A stretch of DNA of 64,000 nucleotides from Thermoanaerobaculales bacterium (GCA_036351195.1 JAZBOQ010000241.1:4331-68330); one strand, 5' to 3'; positions 1-9,889 are shown, counted from the stretch's first letter. Translations and numbers: made by a program. The notes: a model not told the origin generated them from the letters alone.

Positions 1-159
1 ATTCACTCCCCCTTACGAAATTTGCGCACACCAACAAGAAATAGACGTCCCGGCGTCAGAAGTCAATCGGATTCCGCGCCGAACCCGGCCTTTGACCGGC
101 GGCGCCCGCGACCGTCGCCGGGCTGCGATATGCTTCCCATCCGCGAAAGGACCCGACGA

Positions 160-1461
160 ATGGCCGCTTCCACACCCCGTGACCTTCTCATCGTTTTCGG
201 CTCGGTACAGCGCGTCATGCGCACCGAACGGCTGGCCCGCGAGCGCGGCCTCGACGTGGACACCGTACCGGCGCCGCGCTCGGTGAGCTCGCAGTGCGGC
301 GTCGTCTTGGAGGCCCGTTCCGACGAGGCGGGCGCGCTGTCGGATGCCCTGGCCACCCTCGACCTTTCGCCCACGGCGGTCTACCGCAACCAGCTCGGCA
401 CCTGGACGCCGTCGACCCTGCACTCGACCACGTCCATCGACGCGGTCAAGCTCACCGAGGGCTCGGCCTACGGAGGCTGCGGCGCCAAGCTCGCCAAGGG
501 TCTGCTCCACACCGTGCTCTGCGGATTGCCCCGGGTCGACTCCGACGCCCTCATCGTCGGTATCGAGTCCGCCGACGACGCCGGCGTGGTGAAGCTCACC
601 GACGAGCTCGCCATCATCCACACCACCGACTTCTTTCCGCCCATGGTGGACGACCCCTACACCTTCGGCCGCATCGCCGCCACCAACGCCCTGTCCGACG
701 TCTGGGCGATGGGCGGCACTCCGTTGGCGGCGATGAACCTGGTCAGCTATCCGCTCAAACAGCTCGGCAAGGAGACGCTGAAAGAGGTCCTCCGCGGCGG
801 TCTCGAGACCATGGCCGAGTCGGGAGCGGTCCTCGCCGGCGGCCACACCGTCGAGGGCGCCGAGCTGCTCTACGGCCTCGCCGTCACCGGCACCGTCCAC
901 CCCGACGCCATCTGGCGCAACGGCGGCGCCATTCCCGGCGATGTCCTCGTTCTGACGAAACCGCTGGGTACCGGGCTCGTGACCACGGCCGCCAAGGGCG
1001 GGCTGGCCCGGCCCGACGACGTCGCCACCGCCATGCGCTGGATGACGACGTTGAACCGCGACGCCGCCGAAGCGCTGCACACTTCCGCGCCGCACGCGGT
1101 CACCGACGTCACCGGCTTCGGCCTCGCCGGCCACGCCGCCGAGATGGCCGAGGCCTCGGGCTGCGCCATCGAGCTCGATCTCGCCGCGCTGCCGGCCATG
1201 CCCGGCGCCCTCGACGCCGCCGCCACCGGCCTCGTCCCGGTGGGCGCCGGCAAGAACCGGACGAGCATCGCCGCGGTCCTCGAGATCGCCGACGGCGCCG
1301 ATGAGCTGCGGGTCGATCTCGCCCTCGACCCCCAGACCTCCGGCGGCCTCCTCGCCGCCGTGCCCGCCGATCAGGCCGATGACCTCCTCCGCCGCCTTCC
1401 CGCCGCCGCCGTCGTCGGCCGCGTCGTCGACGGCGCGGCGGGGACTGTCCGGCTGCAGTAG
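160..1461 (+). CDS. selD: Selenide, water dikinase (selenophosphate synthetase) with N-terminal DUF3343 / putative Se-S carrier-like domain
   Basis: ORF 22..1461. SelD hallmarks: 'GSAYGGCGAKLAKG' (Cys/Lys active-site loop; Cys, not Sec), 'DDAGVV', 'TTDFFPPMVDDPYTFGRIAATNALSDVWAMGG'. The first ~75 aa, 'LLIVFGSVQRVMRTERLARERGLDVDTVPAPRSVSSQCGVVLE', fit the DUF3343 pattern with its conserved Cys. Start set at ATG 160 (AAGGA about 8 nt upstream); ATG 130 is an alternative. Confidence 0.9.
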   Translation: MAASTPRDLLIVFGSVQRVMRTERLARERGLDVDTVPAPRSVSSQCGVVLEARSDEAGALSDALATLDLSPTAVYRNQLGTWTPSTLHSTTSIDAVKLTEGSAYGGCGAKLAKGLLHTVLCGLPRVDSDALIVGIESADDAGVVKLTDELAIIHTTDFFPPMVDDPYTFGRIAATNALSDVWAMGGTPLAAMNLVSYPLKQLGKETLKEVLRGGLETMAESGAVLAGGHTVEGAELLYGLAVTGTVHPDAIWRNGGAIPGDVLVLTKPLGTGLVTTAAKGGLARPDDVATAMRWMTTLNRDAAEALHTSAPHAVTDVTGFGLAGHAAEMAEASGCAIELDLAALPAMPGALDAAATGLVPVGAGKNRTSIAAVLEIADGADELRVDLALDPQTSGGLLAAVPADQADDLLRRLPAAAVVGRVVDGAAGTVRLQ

Positions 1462-1487
1462 GACCTCCCCGACAATGCGATGGGAGG

Positions 1488-1564
1488 GGTGCCAGGCACG
1501 CCGACTCGCTGATGCGCGCTTGAGAACCAGTGTCGGGTTCGGGCGAGTCGGGATGCCAGGCACC
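1488..1564. repeat. Hairpin element bounded by GGTGCCAGGCAC-type motifs
   Basis: 'ggtgccaggcacgccgactcgc' (1488-1509) and 'gcgagtcgggatgccaggcacc' (1543-1564) form an inverted pair just after the selD stop. The same GCCAGGCAC boundary motif flanks a hairpin at 9890-9940. Confidence 0.5.
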
Positions 1565-1711
1565 CGGCCCGCGTATTCTCGACGGTGCGCGATCGTCACC
1601 ACATCGTCTGCCAGCGCCGGCGGGACGCATCTCCGACTCAAGAAACTGCAATATCTTTGCGATTCCTTCGCGTCTTCGTGGCTCCGTGGCTCCGTGGCTC
1701 TGTGGATCGTC

Positions 1712-1772
1712 TGGTCGCAGGCGTTCCAAGAGGATCCCCGCGGCGACGGCGACGCTCAGGCCCGTTTCCCAA
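1712..1772 (-). pseudogene. Relic 3' end of a SpoU/TrmH-type methyltransferase gene (fragment only)
   Basis: Minus-strand translation '..ETGLSVAVAAGILLERLRP..' matches the C-terminal tail of the intact methyltransferase at 2735-2790 ('ESLNVAVAAGILLERLRG*'). There is no methyltransferase body upstream and no stop at the equivalent place. The nucleotides differ at several synonymous sites. Confidence 0.45.
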
Positions 1773-1783
1773 CCTCCCGGATT

Positions 1784-1812
1784 CTGACAAATATACTTAT
1801 ATCTGCTAGAAT
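1784..1812 (+). promoter_or_regulatory. Sigma70-like promoter and possible operator upstream of vapBC
   Basis: 'CTGACA' (1784-1789), a 17-nt spacer, then 'TAGAAT' (1807-1812), forming an AT-rich island in GC-rich DNA. The spacer holds the inverted half-sites ATATA..TATAT, typical of TA autoregulation sites. The ATG lies 20 nt downstream. Confidence 0.5.
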
Positions 1813-1831
1813 TACAGAAAGGCGGCAAACC

Positions 1832-2077
1832 ATGGAACTTCGGACACATCTTGGAAGCAATGGCAGGGTCGTCATTCCGGCATCGGCGCGGCGGGCTCTC
1901 GGGATCGAGCCGGGTGACGAGCTGATCCTCGTGGTCGAGGATGGGGAGATCCGTCTGTGCACAGCCAGACAAGCAGCTCGAAAAGCCCAAGAGCTGGTCC
2001 GGCAATACAGCCAGCCCGGGGGAAGCCTTGCCGACTCCTTGGTGGCGGAACGGCGCGAAGAGGCTGCCCGTGAGTAA
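1832..2077 (+). CDS. vapB: AbrB/SpoVT-family antitoxin (VapB-like)
   Basis: 'MELRTHLGSNGRVVIPASARRALGIEPGDELILVVEDGEIRL' is a swapped-hairpin AbrB/MazE motif. 81 aa. Overlaps the downstream PIN gene by 8 nt. Confidence 0.85.
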   Translation: MELRTHLGSNGRVVIPASARRALGIEPGDELILVVEDGEIRLCTARQAARKAQELVRQYSQPGGSLADSLVAERREEAARE

Positions 2078-2456
2078 CTTCGTCCTCGACGCTTCGGCAC
2101 TGTTGGCTCTCCTTCAGGACGAGCCGGGTGGGGATCGGGTTCTCACATCGCTTCCCGGCGCACTCATCAGCTCGGTCAACCTCTCCGAGGTCGTGGCGAA
2201 GCTCGCCGAGCTGGGGATGCCGGAGTCCGACATCCGCCTTGCACTGAGCCTCGGGTTGGATGTTGTCCCATTCGACGTAGCTCTCGCATTCTCTGCAGGC
2301 GCCCTTCGACCTGCCACGCGATCGATGGGTCTCTCTCTCGGCGATCGCGCCTGCCTCGCTCTCGCACGATCTCGCTCTCTGCCCGCTCTCACGACCGATC
2401 GGGCCTGGCGGGACATCGACATCAATGTCGAGGTGGAGGTCATCCGACCGGACTGA
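2070..2456 (+). CDS. vapC: PIN-domain ribonuclease toxin (VapC-like)
   Basis: GTG start at 2070. 'FVLDASALLALLQDEPG...NLSEVV...LSLGDRACLALA...LTTDRAW' carries the acidic PIN residues (D near the N-terminus, E, D, D). 128 aa. Classic antitoxin-toxin overlap. Confidence 0.85.
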   Translation: MSNFVLDASALLALLQDEPGGDRVLTSLPGALISSVNLSEVVAKLAELGMPESDIRLALSLGLDVVPFDVALAFSAGALRPATRSMGLSLGDRACLALARSRSLPALTTDRAWRDIDINVEVEVIRPD

Positions 2457-2520
2457 GAGACGAGCCTTCGGATCCTCTTCATCACCGACGGTTCGCCCGT
2501 GCCGGTGGATTCATTACACG

Positions 2521-2563
2521 ATGGTGTTGATGACGCACCTACGTGGAAACACCATGGTGTTTC
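2521..2563. repeat. Perfect 18-bp palindrome plus an extra half-site
   Basis: 'GAAACACCATGGTGTTTC' (2546-2563) is its own reverse complement. A third 'ATGGTGTT' half-site lies at 2521-2528. Located in the non-coding stretch between vapC and the SpoU gene. Confidence 0.4.
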
Positions 2564-2734
2564 GCGGCTGATGTGACGGCATTCAGGGGTGGAAGAGCTT
2601 CCTGAACAAACCGGAGGTGATCGTGAACATGGGCTCCGGAGAGCGAATCGGTGCTGCCCACTGTTGCTGCAACCTGACGCTGTCCGCTGACCCTGAATCC
2701 TGCCGCAGCCTGCTGTCGCTGACCCTGAACCTGA

Positions 2735-3478
2735 TCACCCGCGCAGCCGCTCGAGAAGGATCCCTGCAGCCACGGCGACGTTGAGCGACTCGACCTCGCG
2801 GTCGAGGGGGATCGTCACCTCGCCGGTGGCGACGGCGAGGGCCTCCGGTGAGAGCCCGGCGCCCTCGGCGCCGAGCAGGAGGACCGTGGGGCTACCGGGG
2901 CTCCAGCGGTCGATGGGAATACCGCCGGGGCCGCCGGCCCAGACCTCGCCGCCCGATTCGCTCATCCGCTCCACAACGCGAGCGACCGGTACATCACGCG
3001 TGACGGGCAGTCGGAAAACCGTACCGGCCGAACCGCGCACCGCGGAGTGGTGGAAGGGGTCGGCGCAGCCCGGCGAGAGCAGGACGGCGCGGGCGCCGAG
3101 GCCGGCGGCGGAGCGCACGATGGCGCCGAGATTGCCTGGATCCTGGACGGTGTCGAGCCAGACCGCGGCGCCCTCGCGCGCCGGCCACGGAGGCCGGCGG
3201 GGGTCTGCGACCACCGCGAGCACGCCCTGGGGGTGCTTCGTCGGCGCGACGTCGTCGAGAACGGCCGCGTCGAGGGTGAAGGTCTCACCGGCCGCAGCCA
3301 CGATCTCGGGATCGGGCTCGACGCCCTCCGCCAGGTAGAGCTCGAGCAACGGCACACCCCACCGCACGACATCGGCGACGAGCCGCCGGCCGTCGACGAT
3401 GACCTGACCCTCCGGGCGGCGTTTCACGCGTCGTCGGAGATCTTTGAGGCGGGCGCCGTGCTTGCCGAGTTTTTCCAT
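2735..3478 (-). CDS. SpoU/TrmH-family RNA 2'-O-methyltransferase
   Basis: 'DPGNLGAIVRSAAGLGARAVLL', 'GSAGTVFRLPV' and 'LDREVESLNVAVAAGILLERL' are SPOUT motifs. Start moved to ATG 3478 ('MEKLGKHGARL'). Confidence 0.85.
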   Translation of the reverse strand: MEKLGKHGARLKDLRRRVKRRPEGQVIVDGRRLVADVVRWGVPLLELYLAEGVEPDPEIVAAAGETFTLDAAVLDDVAPTKHPQGVLAVVADPRRPPWPAREGAAVWLDTVQDPGNLGAIVRSAAGLGARAVLLSPGCADPFHHSAVRGSAGTVFRLPVTRDVPVARVVERMSESGGEVWAGGPGGIPIDRWSPGSPTVLLLGAEGAGLSPEALAVATGEVTIPLDREVESLNVAVAAGILLERLRG

Positions 3479-3493
3479 GGGGATATCGTACAG

Positions 3494-3742
3494 GGTTAAG
3501 GGTGAAGAGTGAGGCCGCACGCAGCCTTCGGCGCGTGCTGGTGAGGACCTCACCGCCTCGCGCTGCTCGGCGCTTCGTGGTGAGAAGGTAAGAAGGTCAG
3601 CGCTCCCTTCGGTCGCAGTAAAGAGTTAGGGGTTAAGGGTCAGCGCCGTTCGCCCCTCACAGCGACCGAAGGGAGCGGCCTCACTCTTCACCTTCTAACC
3701 TTCTAACTTTCTCACCCTCTCACTTTCTTACCCCCTCACTCA
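3494..3742. repeat. Nested palindromic element built from (T/C)TTCTAAC-type short repeats (family shared with 35306-35393)
   Basis: Outer arms 'ggttaagggtgaagagtgaggcc' (3494-3516) and 'ggcctcactcttcaccttctaacc' (3678-3700). Inner arms 'gcgctcccttcggtcgc' / 'gcgaccgaagggagcg'. Shares 'gagaaggtaagaaggtc' and 'caccttctaac.ttctaac' with the element at 35306-35393. Fills the divergent intergenic region between the trmH-like and aminotransferase genes. Confidence 0.6.
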
Positions 3743-3825
3743 CAAACTCCTGGATTTCCATGATCTTTATGAGATAATGCCGGGCCGTTCTGGCCGGATG
3801 AACCGGCCGGAGGACCGGAGGCAGC

Positions 3826-5039
3826 ATGAGTCTTTCCCTCATCGCCAAAAACGTCGGCGAGTCGGCCACCCTGAAGCTCAACGAGATCGCTGCAATCCTG
3901 CGCGCCAAGGGCGACCCCGTCATCCACCTCGGAGGCGGCGAGCCCAAGGGCAAAGCGCCGCTGGACGCGGTGCTCGCCGCCACCTCGGCGGTGGCCTCCG
4001 GCGAGATCCGCTACACCCCGCCCGACGGCACGCCCGAGCTCAAGAAGGCGATCATCCGCTACACCGAGGAGTTCTACGGCTTCCGCCCGGCGCCGGAGAA
4101 CGTCATGGCCTCGGGCGGCGCCAAGCAGGCCATCATGACCGCCCTGCACGCCCTCATCGACCCCCAGGAAGAGGTGATCTTCCCGGTGCCCTACTGGGTG
4201 AGCTACCCGGACATGGTGAAGATCGTCGGCGGCGTTCCGGTGGCGGTGGAGCCCGAGGACGGTTCCTTCGTGCCGCGCATCCAGGACATCGAGCAGGTGG
4301 TGGGCTCGTACACCAAGCTGGTGATCATCAACAGCCCCAACAACCCCTCCGGCGCGGTCTACCCCGAGGAATTCATCGCCGACGTCGTGGAGTTCTGCGA
4401 GCGGCGCGGGCTGTGGTTGATCATGGACGACATCTACCACCGGCTGGTCTTCGACGGCCGCAAGCCCATCAACCCCTACGACTACGCCAAGGACCGCAGC
4501 GAGAACTCCAAGCTCATCCTGGTCAACGGGGTCTCCAAGCAGTACGCCATGACCGGCTTCCGCATCGGCTGGGCGGTGGGCAACCGCAAGCTCATCGAGG
4601 CCATGACCAACATCCAGGGGCACGAGACCTCGGGCCCGTCGGTGCTGCTGCAGCACGCCGCGGTGGGCGCCATCAACGGCCTGCAGTCGCCGGTGGAGGG
4701 TCTGCGCGCCACACTCGAGAACAACCGCAACGTGCTGATCAACGAGCTCCGCGCCTTCGAGGGCGTGACCGTCGAGAACCCCGGCGGCACCTTCTACTCC
4801 TTCCCCGACTTCTCGCACTACTCCAAGGACTCGGTGGCCTTGTCGAAGTTCATCCTCGACAAGGTCCAGGTGCTGACCGTGCCGGGCGTCGAGTTCGGCA
4901 TGGAGGGCTACCTGCGGCTGAGCTTCTGCGGCACCATCAAGGAGATCACCGAGGGCATCGAGCGCATCAAGTGGGCGCTGGATCCCAACTCCCCCAACGA
5001 GCTCTACATCGGCGAGCGCAAGCTGGTGAGGGACTGGAC

Positions 5040-5043
<4 letters not shown>
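3826..5043 (+). CDS. Class I/II pyridoxal-phosphate aminotransferase (aspartate aminotransferase-like)
   Basis: 'INSPNNPSGAVY' and 'SKQYAMTGFRIGW' (PLP-lysine motif). 405 aa. GGAGG precedes the ATG. Confidence 0.85.
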
Positions 5044-6698
<1,655 letters not shown>

Positions 6699-6730
6699 AG
6701 GAGTCAGCTCACAGCGCAACGTCTTGCAAA

Positions 6731-6863
6731 ATACCGAATTCCAGGAGAGGGCGAAGCTCAAAGGCAGGTTGCCGGCGAGGGCGCCGACGCTACAAAGTAC
6801 TGAGCTCCCTTGTAGTGCCGGCGCCCTCGCCGGCGTGATCTCGTCCCGGTAAGGTCATCACTC
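6731..6863. repeat. ~133-nt structured repeat, copy 1 (inverted relative to copy 2 at 11487-11620)
   Basis: The reverse complement aligns end to end with 11487-11620 at roughly 90% identity by eye. The core is a long GC hairpin: 'gccggcgagggcgccgacgctacaa...ttgtagtgccggcgccctcgccggc'. Additional outer inverted arms ('cgtcttgcaaaataccg' / 'cggtttttgcaagagg') extend it to about 6715-6890. Lies between convergent genes. Confidence 0.8.
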
Positions 6864-6966
6864 GGACGATTTGCCGGTTTTTGCAAGAGGCTCAGCGATC
6901 AGCTGTCAGCTCATCACAGGGTTGTCGATCGACGTCGAGTCGGACCGGAGGAGGTGAGCCTCTCGC

Positions 6967-7794
6967 CTACGGTTCTTTCGAGTTTGCCGTGTCCGTGAGT
7001 CCCGAAACCGGTGCGAAGGAGAGGAAGAGCCCGACCTGGCAGAAGGCAACCAAAAGCCCGGCAACGACTCCCAGGATCGTTCCAGGAATCATGGCTCTGA
7101 GAGACTCGAACCACCAGCCGAGGAAGGTCGGGACGATCGCGGCGACGAGGGCGGGCGCCATCCACGTGACGAGTGTGAGCAATGATCTCACCGGCTGCCG
7201 GATGGTCCCCCACAGACCTGCGAACCACGCCGCGATCGCGGATCTCCGACGGCTGTCGCCAAGCACCCACGCTCCTCGGAGCGTGGCCATCCAGATCACT
7301 CCGGCGGCCATGAGACCCAGCAGGATCCCGGTCTCAAGATAGATGCCGAGCATCGAGTCGTCAAAAGCCTCGATCGCGCGTTCCTCGAGCGTGATGTAGA
7401 CCGCAGCGATGGCCGATTGAACGAGAACCAAGACCACCACCGAGGTCAGCCCGAGGCGCGCCCAGCGCCACCAGCCGAAGAGGCCGCGGCTGAGGGTCTC
7501 CGCCAGTCGGACCCCGCTCTTTCTCGAGTAGTGGAACCACCGAACCAGCCCGGCGTGCCAGAGCACCGTCCACGCCCACAGGGTGACGCAACCCGAGATG
7601 AAGGCGAGCGCCAACGGCAGCCACACCGGTTTCACGAGCTCGATCAGGATCAGGATGATCTCTCCGTCGGGGTGATCTCCCTGGGGCAGACCGGCGAGGG
7701 CCGGCCCCACCATGGTCCACAGCACAAGCCGGGCCGGCACGAAAACCAGAGCCGATACGACAAATACAACCACGACGATCCGCCACTGATCCAT
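6967..7794 (-). CDS. Integral membrane protein, unknown function
   Basis: Multiple hydrophobic spans ('VVVVFVVSALVFVPARLVLW', 'WLPLALAFISGCVTLWAW', 'LTSVVVLVLVQSAIAAVYI'...). Start trimmed to ATG 7794, just after the upstream peptidase stop at 7841. Confidence 0.6.
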   Translation of the reverse strand: MDQWRIVVVVFVVSALVFVPARLVLWTMVGPALAGLPQGDHPDGEIILILIELVKPVWLPLALAFISGCVTLWAWTVLWHAGLVRWFHYSRKSGVRLAETLSRGLFGWWRWARLGLTSVVVLVLVQSAIAAVYITLEERAIEAFDDSMLGIYLETGILLGLMAAGVIWMATLRGAWVLGDSRRRSAIAAWFAGLWGTIRQPVRSLLTLVTWMAPALVAAIVPTFLGWWFESLRAMIPGTILGVVAGLLVAFCQVGLFLSFAPVSGLTDTANSKEP

Positions 7795-7840
7795 GGCCCC
7801 GAGGAAGCCGAACAACGGGGAGGGTGCGGTTCTCACTGAT

Positions 7841-9877
7841 CTAACCCCACGGCACGATGAGGAACCCGACCAATCGCAGGGCGCCCTCGAGCCACCACAA
7901 GGGTTCGGTATGGTCGGGATCGCGGGGCCACTCCTCGTCGTGCCAATAGTTGTCGGCGCGCCGCGTCTCCAATACCCAGGCGCCGTCAGGATCGACAACG
8001 ACCCGGATCACGACCTCGGGCGACTCGATGGTCCAGCGGATCCACCGTTCGCGACCGTCCCAGATGCGGCGTTCGATTCGTCCGGTCTCCCAATGCAGCT
8101 CCACCTCGACCGGACCGATGAGCTCGGTTCGCCGACCGAGATCGATTTCGACGCGCCACGGACCGGACTTCCCATCGTCATCGAGCTCCTGCCAGCCGCC
8201 GTCGCTCCAGGTCATGCCCCGAGCGGGTCTGATCCAATGATGCCGAACCTCCAACACCGCCCAGTCGGGTCGCTGGTCGGATCGGATCACGCCGTCGAAG
8301 AACCAGCCGAGATCCTCGCCCAGCGAACGCTCGAGGGCTACCCGGAGGTCGTCGCCGGTGGGATGGGTGTAGCGGTGCTCGCGGACATAGTCGCGAACGG
8401 CCCGCAGCAGTCGATCCTCGCCGTAGAGTCCTCCGAGCGTTTCCACCGCCAGAGCCGGTTTGATATATGTGGCCAGAAAGGCATCCAGGATCCGGCGCTG
8501 TTCCCAGTTCGGGAGATCCATCACCACCGGGTGGTCCTCCAACGAGACCAGGACGCGATCCATCCCCCAATCCCGAGCCAAGGGGGTATCCGGCACCAAT
8601 TCATCTCTGATGAGATCCGAGACGCAACGGTTCTCCGCCCAGCTCGTCAGACCCTCATCGAGCCAGGCCTCTTCGAACTCGTTGGAGGCGAGCATCCCCT
8701 GGAAGTACTGATGGCCGAACTCGTGCGCCGTTACCGCCTCGATGGCGGTCCTCCACGAGAACACCGGCGAGGCGTCGAGGCGACTCGCCCCGGTGGTGAA
8801 GAGGGTGGGATACTCCATTCCGCCGGCCGCCCGCGCATCCGGCGGTGGCGACACGACCGTCAGCCGGGCGTGCGGGTAGGGCCCGAAGTACAGGCCGAAC
8901 CAGGCCACGCTGAGGCGCGCCGCGCGGATCATTCTCGGGATCAACACACCGTGGGTCTTCGGTACCAGGAAACGAATGGTCATGGGGGGCAACTCGAGAT
9001 CGGCGGCGCCGAGGTCCAGGAGCTCGCTCGCCCGTTCGAGCCAGACCATCGGAACGTGGCGACCTGGGTCGAACTCGACATCGAAGACATCCATCAGATC
9101 CGGTGGGGCGGTGGTCCAGGCGAAGTCGTGGACACGCCGTGCGCGGAACTCGACCACATCGCCGGTGCCGACGGGTTCGCGGATTATTTCCTCGCCGGTG
9201 GCGCCCACCACCCAGCCCCTCGGGATCGTCATCCGAACTCGATAGTCGCCGAAATCGGCGAAGAACTCCGTCGAGAGGTGGAACTGGTGGCAGTTCCATC
9301 CGTCCTCGCCTTCGAAGACGGCGAGCTTGGGAAACCACTGGGCCACCATGTGGAAATCGCCGGAGTACCCGGTCCGGGCCACCACCCTCGGCAGCTGGGA
9401 AACGAAATCGACCTCCACCGTGACCGACTCACCCGGGAAGACCTCTCTCGGGAGGACGACCCGAGCGGCGGTGAAGTCGTGCACGTTGCCGTCATCGGGC
9501 CGTTCAAAACTCATCCCGGGCAACAGGTCAGTGCCGTCGGAGAGTTCGATTCGGGTGACTCGGGTCCAACCCCAGTCGCCGTCGAGTTTCCTGATCCCAG
9601 CGATGGGTTCACGCGAGAGCTCGCGTACGAAGGTGCTCCCCGTGCTCGCGAAGGCGTTGAGATAGAGGTGGAACCAGAGCTCGGAGGTTGCCGCCGACGT
9701 GGTGTTGCGCCAGCGGATGGTCTCCGACCCGGTCAGCCGGTGAGATTCGGCGTCGAGGACAACGTCGATGTCGTAGGAGGCGACGTCGGTGTCCTGGGCA
9801 ATAACGGGTAAAGTCACCACCAGCAGACACACAATGCATCCAAGGGATTTCACAGCACGAGTGTAGCGCTGCCTCAT
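7841..9877 (-). CDS. M1-family zinc metallopeptidase (aminopeptidase N-like), secreted
   Basis: 'HEFGHQYF' followed by 'WLDEGLTSW' gives the gluzincin HEXXH-18-E signature. Signal-like N-terminus 'MRQRYTRAVKSLGCIVCLLVVTLPVIAQ' from ATG 9877. Confidence 0.85.
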   Translation of the reverse strand: MRQRYTRAVKSLGCIVCLLVVTLPVIAQDTDVASYDIDVVLDAESHRLTGSETIRWRNTTSAATSELWFHLYLNAFASTGSTFVRELSREPIAGIRKLDGDWGWTRVTRIELSDGTDLLPGMSFERPDDGNVHDFTAARVVLPREVFPGESVTVEVDFVSQLPRVVARTGYSGDFHMVAQWFPKLAVFEGEDGWNCHQFHLSTEFFADFGDYRVRMTIPRGWVVGATGEEIIREPVGTGDVVEFRARRVHDFAWTTAPPDLMDVFDVEFDPGRHVPMVWLERASELLDLGAADLELPPMTIRFLVPKTHGVLIPRMIRAARLSVAWFGLYFGPYPHARLTVVSPPPDARAAGGMEYPTLFTTGASRLDASPVFSWRTAIEAVTAHEFGHQYFQGMLASNEFEEAWLDEGLTSWAENRCVSDLIRDELVPDTPLARDWGMDRVLVSLEDHPVVMDLPNWEQRRILDAFLATYIKPALAVETLGGLYGEDRLLRAVRDYVREHRYTHPTGDDLRVALERSLGEDLGWFFDGVIRSDQRPDWAVLEVRHHWIRPARGMTWSDGGWQELDDDGKSGPWRVEIDLGRRTELIGPVEVELHWETGRIERRIWDGRERWIRWTIESPEVVIRVVVDPDGAWVLETRRADNYWHDEEWPRDPDHTEPLWWLEGALRLVGFLIVPWG

Positions 9878-9889
9878 CGCGATGGCAGG

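Noticed and set aside
13-1641. Long ORFs on the opposite strand or in shifted frames of real genes. Examples: 13..1641(-), 3736..4818(-), the N-terminal 420 aa of 3777..6698(+), 7793..9811(+), 16147..20538(-), 26700..29144(-), 30995..35110(-), 45382..47745(+), 51938..53410(+), 55458..57710(-).
   Set aside because: Their translations are Arg/Gly/Pro/Ala/Asp low-complexity strings with no motifs, and each one shadows a gene with clear family signatures. They are typical high-GC artefacts.
1798-1810. The identical 13-mer 'tatatctgctaga' occurs in the vapBC promoter (1798-1810) and at the end of the 133-nt repeat copy 2 (11617-11629), preceded by a similar 'ctcc.gga.ttc'. This might link the repeat family to the vapBC cassette.
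   Set aside because: In 64 kb on both strands, exact 13-mer coincidences are expected by chance. The flanking similarity needs an 11-nt gap. This is not enough evidence without genome-wide copies.
1770-2735. vapBC as an integron gene cassette, with the 2521-2563 palindrome acting as attC.
   Set aside because: No RYYYAAC/GTTRRRY core sites flank the palindrome. There is no intI and no neighbouring cassettes. The palindrome is perfect rather than showing attC-like bulges.
2629-2735. Short Cys-rich ORF 'MGSGERIGAAHCCCNLTLSADPES..' containing direct repeats 'gctgaccctgaa' between vapC and the methyltransferase.
   Set aside because: It has no SD and runs into the 3' end of the convergent methyltransferase gene. 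The repeat structure explains the open frame. I could not support it as coding.
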